A stretch of 64,000 bases of DNA. Origin: Trichoplax adhaerens (lineage: Eukaryota; Animalia; Placozoa). Location of the stretch: NCBI RefSeq assembly GCF_000150275.1, contig NW_002060943.1, positions 3,740,008-3,804,007 on the forward strand. The letters are read 5' to 3'. Under the pieces are notes generated by a model that had not been told where the DNA came from, did no database searches, and saw only the letters and a list, made by a program, of their open reading frames with translations. Each line of letters starts with the position of its first letter. Position 1 is the first letter of the stretch. A program made the position numbers and the translations under genes. Positions 1-14,585 of the stretch are shown piece after piece.

Positions 1-3000
1 TGGCAGAAATATCCTTAGTAACTGCATCAGTGGCTAATTTATTCGCGTGATCTATCTCGTGCTCACATAAGCATCCATTAATAGTTGGTTTTAGGTAATT
101 TAATGAATTTTTATTTATGGATAACATCAATCGCAAGCGTCGATGGATATCGTTTAGTCTTTTAACTGCTTTATTATAATCTGCTAGCATGTTTAAGAAG
201 CTAAGCCTCCAACTCGTTGAGTCTTGTGATCGACGCGAAGGCGATGTTATTTGACGCCGATATCTTTCGGCTATACTTCTCTCTTTCCTGACTGATTCTT
301 GCTGATCTTGAAGCCTTTTAGTGAAATCACTAAATTATAGCAGAGAGAATAAGATTATTCTAGAATCAATACATTGTGAGCATGCAATCTTTATTATTGT
401 CTTTATTTATGATCCACCAATTTATATTCGATATTTTATCCTCTAACGTTTGTTTATATCAACCTAGTCTCCAAGAAAAGTAGTAATCTATGACCACAAA
501 ATTTCTATCCACATCGCTAATTAGATCAACTAATACATTCCTTTATCGCCTTTGATATATTAATATGTGATGACTGTTTTAATATACGGATATTTACTTT
601 ATTCGCTTACTAACTTGTTAATGATGGCATCAAGAAATTGCTTGTCACATATGCAAATAGGATCTTTATTAGTCTTTTTACCATTAGAACATTTCTTTAC
701 TTTCATACACTGATTGTCTCGGACACAAACAAATTTCTGTTTACCTCTACATGAAGATTTATAGAGTGAAGATTTGCAAAATTCTGCAGCTTTTACATCA
801 CATTCTTCAACGGCATAAGTCTTCTCACGAGCTTTCCTAGCGACAAAATTTGTTCTTTTAGAAAGCAATATGCTACAAAGTAATAAACTCCCGATAGAAG
901 TAGATTAAGAACCAAAATGAACAAATTTACGTAACAAAATTTTAGCATGTATCAGTTGATAATTTTACCCTCGTTCTATCAGAATTGTGTCCCTCCATGT
1001 TGTAATGGGAAACTTTCCAGACCACTTCCATCTAATGCAAAGTATAAAGTTAGCAATTGTAACACCAATATTACATAGCTTCCATTCTTCAATGATTGGA
1101 AATTAGAACTACAGAATTGATGGTTTGCATAGGTTCTGTTTATTTAAGATATCGCAATTAATAGAGACTATTCGAAGTGATCAGCATGGTAGCAAAGGAA
1201 TTATGTGCCATTTTTGTTAATCTTATTAGATTAAATCAGCGATCAATGTATTGAAATATTATTTATTGATATCATTCTATTCCAATTTGCAGTTAGCATT
1301 AAAATAGATGAGATGAAACATTTACATTATTCATTTTAAAATAAATTTACGTTAGTTTCGATTAATAATAATATTGGAGGACACTAAAATACCTGGAAAT
1401 TCTAAATAACTGCATAATAGATACTCCATCCATTTGAGATGGAATCGGTACTCCAGCAATATCTAGAAATGTTGGTGCTAAATCGATATTGGAAACAATT
1501 TCTCCCACCCTAAGATGTTAATATTATAAATTTTATTAGGTGCAATATATTATATTTTCAATTTTAGGGCTTTCTGTTGTAGATAATAAGGTAAAAATAT
1601 TCTAAATATATTTTTAATATTGACTACTATTGGGAGAGAAATGATCAATCTTTTGATGTTTGATTATTCTAATGTTAGTAATCAAGCTTAAAAATTCTTA
1701 TAGAAACGATAACATCAAGAACTAACTCATTACAATACTATTAACTTACTTAACATTTTTTGGAATCATAGGGCCACGAACAAGGAAAGGAACTCTAATA
1801 TCCGTCTCATAGGGCATGGATTTTCCTTTGACTATAGAGAAATGTCCAAGATGATAGCCATGATCCGAAGTGAAGAATAGGTAAGTTTTCTCTTTCAGGT
1901 CAAGCTTACGTATTGAGCGATATAATTTTTCCACAGCATCATCAACAGAAAGAAGCGTTTGCAGTCTTTTACGATATAGAAGATCTGAAGTAAGGCAAGC
2001 AAAAATACGTCTGGGGATGACTAATATCTTACAATAGTTAATCTCTTCTAGTGATCTACTTACATGAGATATTCTCACTAAATCTAAAGTTTTTAAATGC
2101 GATAACGATCTACGCGTAAAATATCAATGCAGGCGAATTATGAAATAGTCGTCCTGCATTTGATCATTTCAGAAGCACATTATCAACGATGAAAAGCTTA
2201 TTATTTAATCATATACCAACTATAGACTCCAATACTAGTTCAAGCAGTTAAAGAATGTAGCATTTAATATTTTGGGGCTTATAGGACTAATCGATACTTT
2301 ATTCTCTTTCTTCTACTACAATAACAAAGATGTCTGTTTTGTAAAAGTAATTATGCTAATTGCATCATTTAACTTTATCATTGGATTGAGTACATGTAGC
2401 TAGAAAATAGAGTTGTTATTTAATGCAATCTCTGTACTCGGTATATAGTCTATTTCAATATATCCGGTCTATCTTGATCACAACACTATATAGTCAGGAA
2501 TTATCATGGTCAACGTAAAGATCTAGTTTCAATAGTATTGAAACAGAAGATGTCAGGAAATTGAACGAAATCGATTACTCTCTATGAAAGAAGACCAGCT
2601 AAGATTTCAAGTGGCTAATCATAAGATCAAGATAAAACATGACTTCACAGTAATAAATTATGATAACATGAAGTTAAATTAAAGGTAAATTCTTAAGTAG
2701 GTGAAGGACATTTTCTTGCTAGCTTAATAGCGATCAAAATTATCGAATTAATATGGTACTTTATACCAACTATTTATCATGAGGCATTTTATCACTTATT
2801 CGATAGCGTGAACGATTAGATAATATACAGGATAACTATGAGATTTTGATCTTCTTATTTGTGGAATACTTCTAATTTCTTGAAAGCCAAGTCAAGATCA
2901 CTCATGTTACAATAACTATCAAGTGATCCAATGCTAATGTAGTATTTATCATTACTCAATATGGCGTACTGTCTCTCTAATGGTATGTTGTGCTAAATAG

Positions 3001-4635
3001 TATAGAGGTTACGGTCTTACTATAGGTATAAATTTACTATAAGCCTGCATAGAGATCATTTTTATCACGTTTTCCTCCTAAAATGAATTAAAAGAATCTA
3101 TTTTTCCCTAAAATTTTAGGGAATATTCCAATTTATTATAGCAAAGGTCAAGATCGCCCATGTTATAATAACTATGATATAATCAGTTCTAGTACAAAGT
3201 TATTATTTAATAAATATCTAAAAATGCTAAATAAAATGGAAATCATGGTCTTCCTTGCTGAAGAAACTAACTGTAAGCTTAGTTATAGCTCCTCCTCATC
3301 ATGCTTACCTACTGAAATAAATTAAGAGAATCTACTTTTCCTGATTTAGACATAATCTACGGCTATTGACGTGAACTCATCTCCAGTCAGTGGTCTTAGA
3401 ACTGCATAATATATAGTGTATATATATGTACTATAGCTCATGATGAATAGCAGATAAAGTTGCTGATTTAGACTGTGTCCAACATTACATAATTTTATAT
3501 CTAACCTGTAAAGTTCATTTTAACCGATGACATTGGTGGAGCAATACGTACAATCCAATGTTTGTCGAATGAATGATAATTATAATTCGGAGTCCTGAAT
3601 AAAATTTATCAAGATGTAGTGAATTCAAGTAATGACTTTGATTTATATTAATCTGAATTTATTTCTATATTCTTTACAGTCTCTACAGAATCAATCCTTC
3701 GTTAAATTATTATAATAATAATTTTAGATACCTTGGAACTTTAGCCCGTGCATATCGATTCTGATATTGTGGAGCGGAATCTTCAGTTCCATGCGGTGCT
3801 GGCATACTTAATACCATTAGAATTGGTTTCTTGGGGTATTTCTCGGTAGTTTTCTTTAAAAATCTGATGCTTTCTCGCACAATTAAATCGGTAAAATAAT
3901 CTTGTTGGCACCTGTTACCATGTTTTACTAATTTTCCGTTGCGATTCAAGGTATAATTATAGTATCTTGAATTTTTGACTTGACCAATCCAGTGGTCCCA
4001 ACCTACTGGAATGTAGCTACCATCATATTCGTTCAAGTATTTACCAAAAAAGCCTGGTTCGTTGGGATCATTTACGTTGTTTTCATTAGCATCGTTATTA
4101 TTAATACCAAATTACGTTTGTTGATAATAGGAGGAAGAATATAGTGATTAAGAAAGATGATTACGGAATAATTGTAAAAAACAAATTATTCAAGTCTTGA
4201 TTTAAATCACTAGTGTAGAAATACCATAAGTCTATATTAACTGAATAGTGCGTAATAGTTACCGGTGATATAGCCTGCATCTTGTAGATACTTTGCAAAA
4301 GTTAATCGTTCTGGTCCATGACGCCAAGCTGGAGAGCTACAGTTAGCATTATTGGTTTTAGTATGATGATTATGGACATACATTCCAGTTAATATGGAGG
4401 AACGCGATGGGCAGCAGACTGGCGTAGTTACAAAAGCATTGGTAAATTCTGCTCCTTGCTTACCAAGGATACGCGATGTATGAGGCATTGCTTTCATCGA
4501 TTCCAGTACAACATCTTGATCATCAGTCAAGATCAATATGATGTGATCCTTTTTTCCTTTTGCAAAACTGAGAGAATAGCATAACAGGATGGTATAGCAG
4601 AAGAACAATCTCAGAAAAGAACCGTTTTTCAACAT
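1..4635 (-). CDS. SULF: Extracellular heparan-sulfate 6-O-endosulfatase (Sulf1/Sulf2-like), multi-exon, 3' end beyond the window start
   Basis: Signal-peptide-like [25 protein letters not shown], then [10 protein letters not shown], the formylglycine motif [48 protein letters not shown] and [13 protein letters not shown]. Later exons (~610-872, 1-314) are basic and Cys-containing, like the Sulf hydrophilic domain. The GT-AG introns are phase-compatible. Confidence 0.93.
2860..3350. repeat. Diverged direct repeat (~235-255 bp period) in the long sulfatase intron
   Basis: gtcaagatcactcatgttacaataactat (~2891) vs gtcaagatcgcccatgttataataactat (~3147); aattaaaagaatctatttttcc (~3086) vs aattaagagaatctacttttcc (~3320). 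Confidence 0.6.
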
Positions 4636-7600
4636 GACTGTAATGGATGTTCTATTTCTGTATGAAAAGTTATGAAAAGAACAAGGACGTAATCGAAAAT
4701 TTGGGTCGTAATCTTGGAGGAAATAGCCAAAATAGTTCACTTGATTGTACTTAATATTCCTGTTACAACGATAATATATCAAATGAACTAATTACAGAGA
4801 ATTTATTAAACATTATCTTGCTCTATTTTACGCCAGATCTATCTAATACCTAGTCTACTTGAGCATCACTGTATAACCATCTAGTACATCATAAGCAAAA
4901 GGATTAACTTTTTCATCGTTCGTATAAATAAATTATAAAACCTCCCGCAAAGTAAAATAAATAAATTTAGTGGTACCAAAACCATCTATATGCTTTGCAT
5001 CCTCTCCAATTTAAAATAATAATTTGAAATCATTTATACTCTCACATACATTAGATCACCCAGAGAGATAATATGTAACGTCAATTTGATACTAAATATT
5101 GCCATGATGAAATGACGTAGTTTGCAGCTTTATTAAACGACTCATTTCCCAATTAAGGATGTGAATAATAAATAATTTTCCCTATGATGGTGCTTCAAAT
5201 AATATAAGCTATTAAATGGACTCAAATAGATATTTTTCTCTTGTTAATATTATTGGAAAGTTTGATTTGGTAAGAGGATATAAATTTACTAGAATAAACA
5301 AAATTATAAAATATCCAAAACAATAGTACTTTATATTTTCAGTTAGGAGAATGGATGAAATAGAATGAAGCAGAAAAGCATATAAGTGATTCTAAATTAA
5401 ATTTAGCGATCTAAATGGATAGATGTAATCGTAAGAAATTTAAAGTCCACCAATATGCATGACTAAAATGTAAAAATTGGCTTAAAGAGTATCGGTGATT
5501 TATTATAATGGAATTAATTCACTAGTAGATAGGCGTATTTAAGATCTAATTTATAAAATTGATCAGTCTACCTACAAGAATTGGGCATCTTGTAGAAATA
5601 AGTGACCAGATTAATGAATCTAATTTTAATTTCACTTTTTTATCAATAATTTTGTAATAACTGTAGGGGAGAAAGGAAATTCGATCAATGTATAATTTCA
5701 ACAAACTATTTAAACTGACCATCATGAGGAAAATAAAAATCCTCATTTTCTCTCTTTATAAAATTGATTCTTAATTATACGATTTTTAAAAGTAACATAA
5801 CATCATAAAAATTTTTGCTCATTTTAACAGTAACATTTTAGAAAATCTATGCTTTCCGTTACTTAGATAATTAATCAGCATTTTTGTTTCTATTTATGCA
5901 AGGTTATACTCTTGTCTACATTTTAATAGCGGATTAAAAAGACACTTAGTAGCAGTTGGGTAACGTACTAAACATAGAATCTTCAAATGTTCTGTATAAT
6001 AATATCAAAATAGTTGTCCATTGTTTCAGATTTAGAAATGTGGCTTACTCTGCTATACAATTTATTATTTAACAAAAGACTGCAGTATTTCAAGATGTTT
6101 ATGCAGTAGCAATTTAATTTGGAAGTAACATCATTAATATATAAATTGGATCTTTTTCTGCCGGATTAAAGTAGATATATGCCTCGCAGGTAATAAAGGA
6201 TGATTAGGCAATTTCAACGATTCCATTTGAAAGTCATATTAGTCTACTTTAAATCTCTTTCTACTTATGCAAATACAATGAAAGCTTTACAGATTCCCCT
6301 TTAGATGGGCTGTGCAGTACATAAATTTATTGAAAAATTCTATAGTACACATTTAATATTTTGTATACACCTGTAATGAATAATTAGAAGAAATTGTGAT
6401 CATAGCAAAGATCAAATATTCATTCTTATCGTTATTATTTTTTTCTGTTCTTAATTTATTTTGATTACCGAGTTATTTATTTTTATAGATTTGATTATAG
6501 TAGCTATAGCTATTACGGACGTTCCGGTTATATTACTTAAATCTGAAATTGTCAACCAAAAGGATCCTGTAGTATATGTTACGAAGTCTATTTTCTTTAT
6601 GACGATTTCTGCTGGCCCTATAGCGATCGAAATGCGCGTATGCCATGTTTTACAGCTTTAAGCAATCTTGCAGCTAAGGAGATATGGAATTGGCCACACG
6701 TTGATTTTTATTCATTTATGCATATTATTGAAAAAGAGTCATGATATTGTATGAGAATTTAGTTTTGATTTACAGATAAATACCTTCGATTTGGTTCCAA
6801 GATGTAGATGAAATATGCAATTCTATCACACAATAAACGATTTCTTTGATAGAGTAGTGAAGTCGATTTACTGCATTATTACTGATTATAACATTCATTG
6901 CAGGAATTTATGAATACCATTTTTTGGATAGTATGGCACATAAAAAATCTTTGTGCGTTTATTTACATATTATCCTATATAAATAAGCTGACTATATCTC
7001 CGCATAAATCTGTAGTTGATAAAATGGAATTAAGATGGCATGGTGCATAGAATGATAACTGGCACATTAGTGATACCACTACGCATCTCAGCTAGCTCAC
7101 AGAACTAACCAATGGAGCAAACAAGTTGCGAATATAATACTTAGAATGTCTATCGCTAATCTAGGAAATTTATTTATAACTTGTTTATTATTTTTCCATA
7201 TAAATAATTTAAGTAGATCATTATATTGTAGGCCTCTGCTAGGGAAACTTAAAATAACTTGGTGATAAGATCGCTCAAAGAACTCACTTATAGAACTGGT
7301 TAGACACTGCAAAGTAGCCTGAAGCGTAAAGTCCATTTTTTTAATTCTATGTTGTCTTCCCATAAGTGATATATATATATATATATGTATATTATGGTTT
7401 AAGGATTAATGTTAATCATATCATATGATGCCGGCTGTTCCTATGATGACCATGATAAGACAGTGACTGCGCGCAGTATTAATTCCTGTAATTTATTCAT
7501 ACCATGTTCATTGCTTCATATGATATATGGCAAACATATACCTTATACTGTTGGCAACAAAACTTTCAAACAGTAGTCATTGCAGAATGGATTATTCAGT

Positions 7601-8085
7601 TATTCTCTGAATTTATAATTATCGACCATGTTCGTTTTCGCAATATACCATATCCCGTATATGCTGTGGCAGTACCATAGACAACAAAGTAGCATATGGA
7701 CCTGTGGAACCCCATAGATTGGGTACTTAAACATAGCCCACTATTTTCATGTCCGATCTACACTATAAGCGATTAATGAGAAGTGCTATTAGAGGGTCAA
7801 GAATTTGTTAAGTCTCCACTATGCCCCGAGCAGGTAAAAAGCATGGCAACAGTGGGCGAGCACGCGCACTGGCTTGTTCTCATTACCGTGACAACGGATA
7901 TCCCCCATAATAAGATGTGAATATCAGCAAAGATAGTTTAATTCACTGCTATAGACTGCAGTACTGATTCTTGATTGATTAACATTACTATTTCTAGTAA
8001 TAGATAGTAAAAAGAATATTATCGTACAAGGCTCAGGTTGGAATTTGAAATCTTTCTAACTATATCGATACCAAACTTAGTAGCA

Positions 8086-10558
8086 ATGGATGGAATATTC
8101 CCTGGTAAAAAAGTAAGTCTGGAGATAATTTGATCACTTCTTCTTGATGGAAATGATTCTACAAGAAGTTACTTTATCGGCTATCACAGTTATAAGACCG
8201 TTTTATGAACAACGTTAAAATTATGTTGTAAATTGACTACGGTATCGATATGCTTCAGATAGAAAGTAACTTGCTTATGGTATAAGGACGGTACCAAATA
8301 GAATAGACATGATGTTAGGATTGATCTCTAGCCGCAAATGAATGCAAATATCATCTTTATAAGTATAGAATTATTTCCATTTCTCTCTAGTATTTTTTCA
8401 GACAGAGCTAATTGACGAGGACGTCAGGAAAAATGATATAGTTTTGGTGAAAATAAATTTCTCTTTATAATTTCGTAAAATAACCTAGATAATGCTATAT
8501 TAGTTGTTTTACGTCTATGTTCTTAATCAGTCCTAATATCATTTTCGTTAATGTAAAATTGATTGGGAATTTACTTATTACTTGCTTTAACCCTCATTTA
8601 AAATCAGCTATGGGAAGTTATCAGTAAATGACTTATTATTCAAGAAGCCGAATCACTCGTAATAAAAAAGTACAAGATGATTACATTAGTGCTGCTTAAA
8701 TTGATCTAAACTTATACTGCAAGTAAATGTAAACATCACCTTCGCCAATATGGTGTTACCTATGTTATTTTGCATTTTAACTACTATAATGCAAAACATA
8801 AATTGATCACCATATCAACAACTACTAGCTATACTTTTATCAAATTATATGTCGCACATCACAAAATAATAAAGATTTCATTGCATTAGATGATCCCTGC
8901 TTATCCCCTAAATCAGTTCAAGCCTGGATTTGCTTCAATAGCTATTTTGATATATTATAATCTTATCTTTACTTGATTTCATATGCGTTATCATTAATAT
9001 TACCCACGTACATTGATGGTAGGAGAAATTTATTTAAAAAATAAGGCTATCATAAAAGTGTTATAAAAGTGGAAGTTAATTTATTGAAGTTAATTTACTG
9101 TTAGTAGCGTCTGTTAGTTTTCAGGATAATAAAACGTTTGATTTTAATCTCCATTACTATAGGACGCTAAGCAAGGAAGAAGGTCTAACAAACCTAAAGC
9201 TAATGCAGAAAATCAAAATGGATCAGCAGATAACAGTGCCGTTGCTAATGGAAGTGTAGTAAGTCTATACCATAAAGCATGTCTTAATAAAATGATACGT
9301 TAATTTTCTTAACGTATCAAATAAAGCTAGTGGAAAATAGGTCCTAAAGTTTAACAATTTTGGATCATATATATGCAAATTGGCGTTCTATTCTAGTCAT
9401 TATCACTCTTAATCTCAATAGAAATGTTATATAAGCAAAGTTATAACATTGTAATATTATCTAGAATGGCAATGATGTCCCTCCAAAGGCTAGAAAGAGA
9501 GACGGATGGGCTAATGATGCTAAGAAAGGGTAGGCTGCGGGATCAATAGTTTATCATTTTGGAGCTGTTGATTCGTATTGATGCAAATACAATATGAAAG
9601 CTTATTTATGCTAAAACGCTTTAATACTATAAGCAAATTTATAAATTATCATTTCTCAAATCAAATATATATTCCAGGAAAAATGCTAACAAAAAGGATA
9701 CAGAAATTGAGTAAGAGAAGCAATTAGCTCAAGTAGATCGTTATCACTTGTACATAATTATGTGAATCGTGTTTCTTCAGACAGCAATCAAACTAACCTT
9801 CTGTATCTTTGCTCTTACTATTTCGTTAGCGAACGTTTGAAAGCGACTACTATTAATCAGGATGACGGCGAAGGTATTCACCACGTTTTGAATCTCGCTG
9901 TCTTAATCCTCGGTAAAAAAAATATAATTGTTTTAAATCTATACTTCAAAACCAACGTAGATAATCCCGTCATACCGGAGCTCGAGGACAAGCAGGAAGA
10001 AGAAGAAATCACTTACGGAATTGCTGCTCCACCAAGGTACTGCTACGATTTTTCATCTAATGTAATTATTTTCTCTTTTATTTCGATAGTTCATAATTAA
10101 TAGTATTACTTCAAAATTTTTATTAGCATAAAAGCCAATAAGGTAATAAGCTATAAGGAATTGGATCAAGATTTACAGAAACATGCGTCGTTACTAATTA
10201 TGGTAATTTCAGTAATTCAGTTTATAAATCGCTGTTGTATAATAATTATAATAGTACTAAAGCTTAAAATTCTCACACTAACAACTTGATGTATAATTAG
10301 GACGGAGAAGTTGATTTAAAACTATTGGCAAAAGGCTTAGCGCCTGCAGAAGAAGTCGCTGAGGTAATGATTGCTTTTCGATTTATAGGAAAAAATATAA
10401 ATTATTTCGTCGAGTTACTGAACGACAACTACTTGATATCATTTACTATAATAAAGACCGATAGGCAATGGGAATGGACTACTTTATTTACTGAAGTTTC
10501 TTCCGAGTTACAAACTGAATTAGAAGAGAGAGCAGCAAAGGCAAACTTTAATTCTTAA
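8086..10558 (+). CDS. IFT43: Intraflagellar transport protein 43 (IFT-A subunit), about 10 exons
   Basis: The spliced product reads MDGIFPGKK/TELIDEDVRK.../DAKQGRRS.../..RKRDGWAND../..PVIPELEDKQEEEEITYGIAAPPS/IKANKVISYKELDQDL../DGEVDLKLLAKGLAPAEEVAE/TDRQWEWTTLFTEVSSEL. This matches the conserved IFT43 C-terminus (IPDLEE...AAPPS...DGEIDLKLL...W.W..LFTEVSSE). The first two exons are less certain. Confidence 0.92.
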
Positions 10559-12719
10559 CTCCATAAAATCTACTAAATTATAATGTTTAATAGTTGAGAA
10601 TGACATATTTCGACATAAGGTAATGTATAAATAGCAGCTGTATCTGTTCTAGATATTTATTGTATTATAATCTTTACAAGTTTTTCTTTATGCCAAAGTC
10701 CATTAGTTCTATCACTACTATAAACATAAATTATTCGATCATTCCTGACAGTAATAAAACTGTAAGTACAAGTGCCATACAATTATGTTTATTTCGAGAA
10801 GGTTTCGTACGTGAGATTATTATTTGTTACTTTTCTGCCTAATCATACTAAGATTGAAATACATTAAATACAACAGTTACCTACAATCAACAAAAGTACT
10901 TGCTTTAAATCAGTAATCATATTTTTCGCATTACTGTAGCTATATACGAATATACACTCCTGGTATATTCTTAATATGCTAGCAGTTAAAAATTGTGGGA
11001 TTGTCCCATTCTTTCATAGTCTCCGTCTTCATCTATCCAGAAATGTACATGTTAATTTGAAGCAAGTATTTAAGATCAATTAAAGGATATTCTGTAATCT
11101 AATAACCGTCATAATAGATGAGTTGTGGTACGATGTGATAGGCAAATTGCTCGAAATTCTGGATTATGTTAGTAAATGTATAATTATATTTATTTTCTAG
11201 CTAGATCTGATCGCAGTTTCACACGGTGTTGTGTTTTTAGGCCCAGTCATAAAAGTATCTACTGTTCCTAATGTGTACTAGGAACAATTGGATACGACTA
11301 TAAATTACGTTAAATAAAATTGTTTTGATTCTTACTCACAAGATTTCGCCACAGCTGATACTGTTATTAAACAATACATTGTTATTTTAAGCTTGCTTGC
11401 GAATTACTACAGATTGTTGTTAGGTATTGGAATAAATTCAGTTACGTTAAATCAGATAATTTTATTGCTCTGCTTGCAAGACTTTGTAGAGGATTTAAAT
11501 AATTATACATAGTGTTCTTTTTAGCCTCCTTGCATAATCCTCCCGTCACACTATTCTCAAATAGTTTTACATGTCGAATAATCATACAGCGTGCAATTAT
11601 CCCTTCAATCGCTCTGATGCAATGACGAATGATAAATCCAGAAGTGACCTAATAGCAACTATGACTTAATATGATATGTGTCTATAAGTATCTAATTTTC
11701 AGATAGTATAGAAATGCAATATTATTTAGTGATATTATACAACTGCTTTCCTTCTGAAAGGAATTCATATCTAGTATTGAAGCAGTCATAGCTTTTACTT
11801 TAAAGCATGCTGTATGAACATTATTGTACATATGCAATACAGGAAAAATAAGATTCTCTTAATAACTTATTGATTAGGTAAATATGTTGTTATACTGTAG
11901 TGGGCTGTAAATATACAGTACCTTATTTACTCTAATATACGAGCATACGGTAGTACACTGTAGTACCGCACTTTAGACAATCAGCAGCTCTAACCATCAC
12001 TAGTCTCAAGATCCTGTATACCGTAACTTAGTATAAGATGGAGGTTCACGCTCTGTACTGCTAATTGACAGAGTGTGCGGTCTCGAGAGCTTCATTTGGA
12101 GGTATACATTGCTGGATAATGCGCGCACTTTGAGTTTTGCTATTTGATTTTAAGTTTATCTATCCAGAATATCTTATCAGGAATTGGAATTTAACTTTGC
12201 TATACGATATTGCGACCAAGTAGCTTTTTTAAGTACGGTGTTAGCCGTTAAAGCATAATTATCATTGATTAGCCTTTCCGGGAATTTTATTAATCGTCAT
12301 TTTATCTATGTTTTGATATAATTTTATCGATAACTGCATATTTTTAAATTATTATTGTCTTAGTAAGCATATTTGATGTTTACGTAATTGCACTACATAC
12401 TGTACAAATAAATTAGCTGATTTTTTAGTAATATCTGAGTTTATAGTCATCGTTAGTCTAGTAGAGATTTACATAGTAGTTACCTTAGCCTCCTGACCGA
12501 TTAAACTGACTCCATCGCCAGTCACTGTAAGTAAATGCCAAAGAGTACATTGCCACTCACGGCACTACTGCACAAAACAAGACGAGAAAATGTCAATACT
12601 GTACTACTGTATACTACGAGGAATTTAGAAATAAGAATGAGGGTTTTCTAATCAAAAATTGTCAAGACAATCATTTCCTTAGTGTGTCTCCGTATGCAAT
12701 ATATCCAATATTAAGTTCA

Positions 12720-13030
12720 AAGAAACTTCTATTTCCAATTTTGATGCAAAAATGACTTTTTTGAATCTATCAATTTCTGTTCATGTAAAATGGTTTAATA
12801 CCGATACCAAGGCGGATATACAATCATCGATAATTGACTTGATTATTTTATATGGCCGTGGTAGACTATACTCAGTCTTCCCATATGTAATAAACATTAA
12901 AATAACAGAAACGCTTGTCTCCAATTTTGGTGCAGAAATGACTTTTCAAAAGCTGTTAAGGCTTAATATCGATTTGCACCTGGACATTCTAATTAATCAG
13001 TCGATGATTGACTTGACTATTTTATACACC
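12720..13030. repeat. Diverged tandem duplication, ~175-185 bp unit
   Basis: tccaattttgatgcaaaaatgactttt (~12734) vs tccaattttggtgcagaaatgactttt (~12919); aatcatcgataattgacttgattattttata (~12822) vs aatcagtcgatgattgacttgactattttata (~12995). Confidence 0.75.
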
Positions 13031-13204
13031 AATCACTCACTGCACTGTGCTAATACAATTAATCGAGAGGCTATGGTGATTACAGGGTACAGTAGTTGCG
13101 AGACATTTTACATTTTCGATCGACGCAGGCTGAAATTCCAAGCTAGATTGCATTCGGTTTCATCTCCAATTTATATCGCCATTAGTGCCGATCATCAACA
13201 GTAG

Positions 13205-13212
13205 AAAAAAAA
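13205..13212 (-). terminator. RNA polymerase III oligo-T terminator of the tRNA
   Basis: A8 on plus is T8 on minus, 1 nt after the discriminator base. Confidence 0.85.
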
Positions 13213-13213
13213 T

Positions 13214-13295
13214 CGTCGTGAACAGGATTCGAACCTGTGCGGGGAGACCCCATTGGATTTCGAGTCCAACGCCTTAACCACTCGGCCACCACGAC
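13214..13295 (-). tRNA. tRNA-Ser, anticodon CGA, intronless
   Basis: The reverse complement is GTCGTGGTGGCCGAGTGGTTAAGGCGTTGGACTCGAAATCCAATGGGGTCTCCCCGCACAGGTTCGAATCCTGTTCACGACG. It has a 7-bp acceptor stem, A box, anticodon stem TTGGA/TCCAA around CT-CGA-AA, a long variable arm, B box GGTTCGAATCC and a G discriminator. Confidence 0.98.
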
Positions 13296-13399
13296 CATAA
13301 ACGTATAATAAGGTTCATATTGACTATAAAAATGAAAATAAGCTAAATTGTGTTGCTACGATACGAATTGATCAACCCCCATCCATACTGGAGGCATGA

Positions 13400-13760
13400 C
13401 TATGCATTGCATAGTACTGTATGATACCGCCAACGTTACGTATTGTGTTCTATTTATAGACTGATGACCTAATAAGTAATGGACCAATGATAGTACAGCG
13501 TTATACAGTAACTGGAGATGACGTCAAGGTTCCTCTAGTAGGCTATGTGCACGTTTGGCTAGCCAGTGATATATTTCAAAAGTCTTGTTTGAGACTCTAG
13601 ATAGCTAAATATGGATGTAGCTCACCACTATATGCTGTCTCAAGTATATCATAGGTGCCATATAAAAGTATCATTTTTGGGTAACACATACGGTAGTGGA
13701 GTAGACCGAAGACACTTCCGGAACCAACCAGAACAGCTGCAAGCAGGAGAACGATTTGAC
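13400..13760 (+). promoter_or_regulatory. Probable Pol II promoter of the USP53/54 gene
   Basis: CCAAT (~13484), perfect CRE palindrome TGACGTCA (13519-13526), ETS-type CACTTCCGG (13713-13721) and TACWGTA motifs, ~0.9-1.2 kb upstream of the ATG. Confidence 0.5.
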
Positions 13761-14585
13761 TGAAATTATCCCCCAAAACTAAGCCAGAGAGTGTTTAGAA
13801 TGATTCTGCATAAAGTATGCTAGTGCCTTAGGTTAGATTTTGCATGTGAATAAATAAATAAATAAATGGCAGCTCTGCCTAAGGTGATTTCATAACTATC
13901 CAGTAGAAAATTGAAATCTATTCTTCAACGGTATGCGAGTGCGCCTAAGCTTCAAAGGTTAATTTGCCTATGAGTGTCATGCTTGTATGATATCATTTTA
14001 GCTAGCATTGGTAGCTGAGAAATCGCATCGATATTGTCTACTCTAACATTCTTCTTCATTCCCAAAGGATAAATCATCGACGTAATCGTTTGAAGTTATT
14101 ATTATTATCACTTTGCAAAGGCGCTTGATAGCTCTTCAACATTCCAGTATTTATACAGAGTGGACTAGATCTACATCCAGTTAGCAAGACTTCAAGAGAG
14201 ACTGTAGGGACCCTGGCCGGTCGAGTGTTAATACTCTACTATTCAAAAGTTTGCATTGATCAACGACTCTACCTTATATTGATTATCCTGCAACTGTGAA
14301 GATCCAATTCAAGTCGCTTTTATTTATAAATTACTGTTCAACCGTTCAATTTTATCAAAACTTTAAAAAGCTAGTTAGATAGATTAGCGATTACGACTCC
14401 AATCGACGACAATAGCGTTGATAACACTGTTTAATAATCGATACAGTCTAGCCTTGGGTAGATAACTGCCATCAACTTTTCTAGAACACAATTTCATCCA
14501 ACTAATGTTGATGTAATGAATCATTCAGAGTAAAAGATCAAATTATTTTATTTCTTCTTATTGACGCGAAATCAATTCAGTATTA

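Noticed and set aside
7443-7610. C/D snoRNA candidates (ATGATGA at 7443; also one in a POLR1B intron at ~23320)
   Set aside because: No suitably placed CTGA box with a terminal stem.
12752-13204. 150-aa ORF
   Set aside because: It overlies a diverged non-coding duplication and has no recognisable motif.
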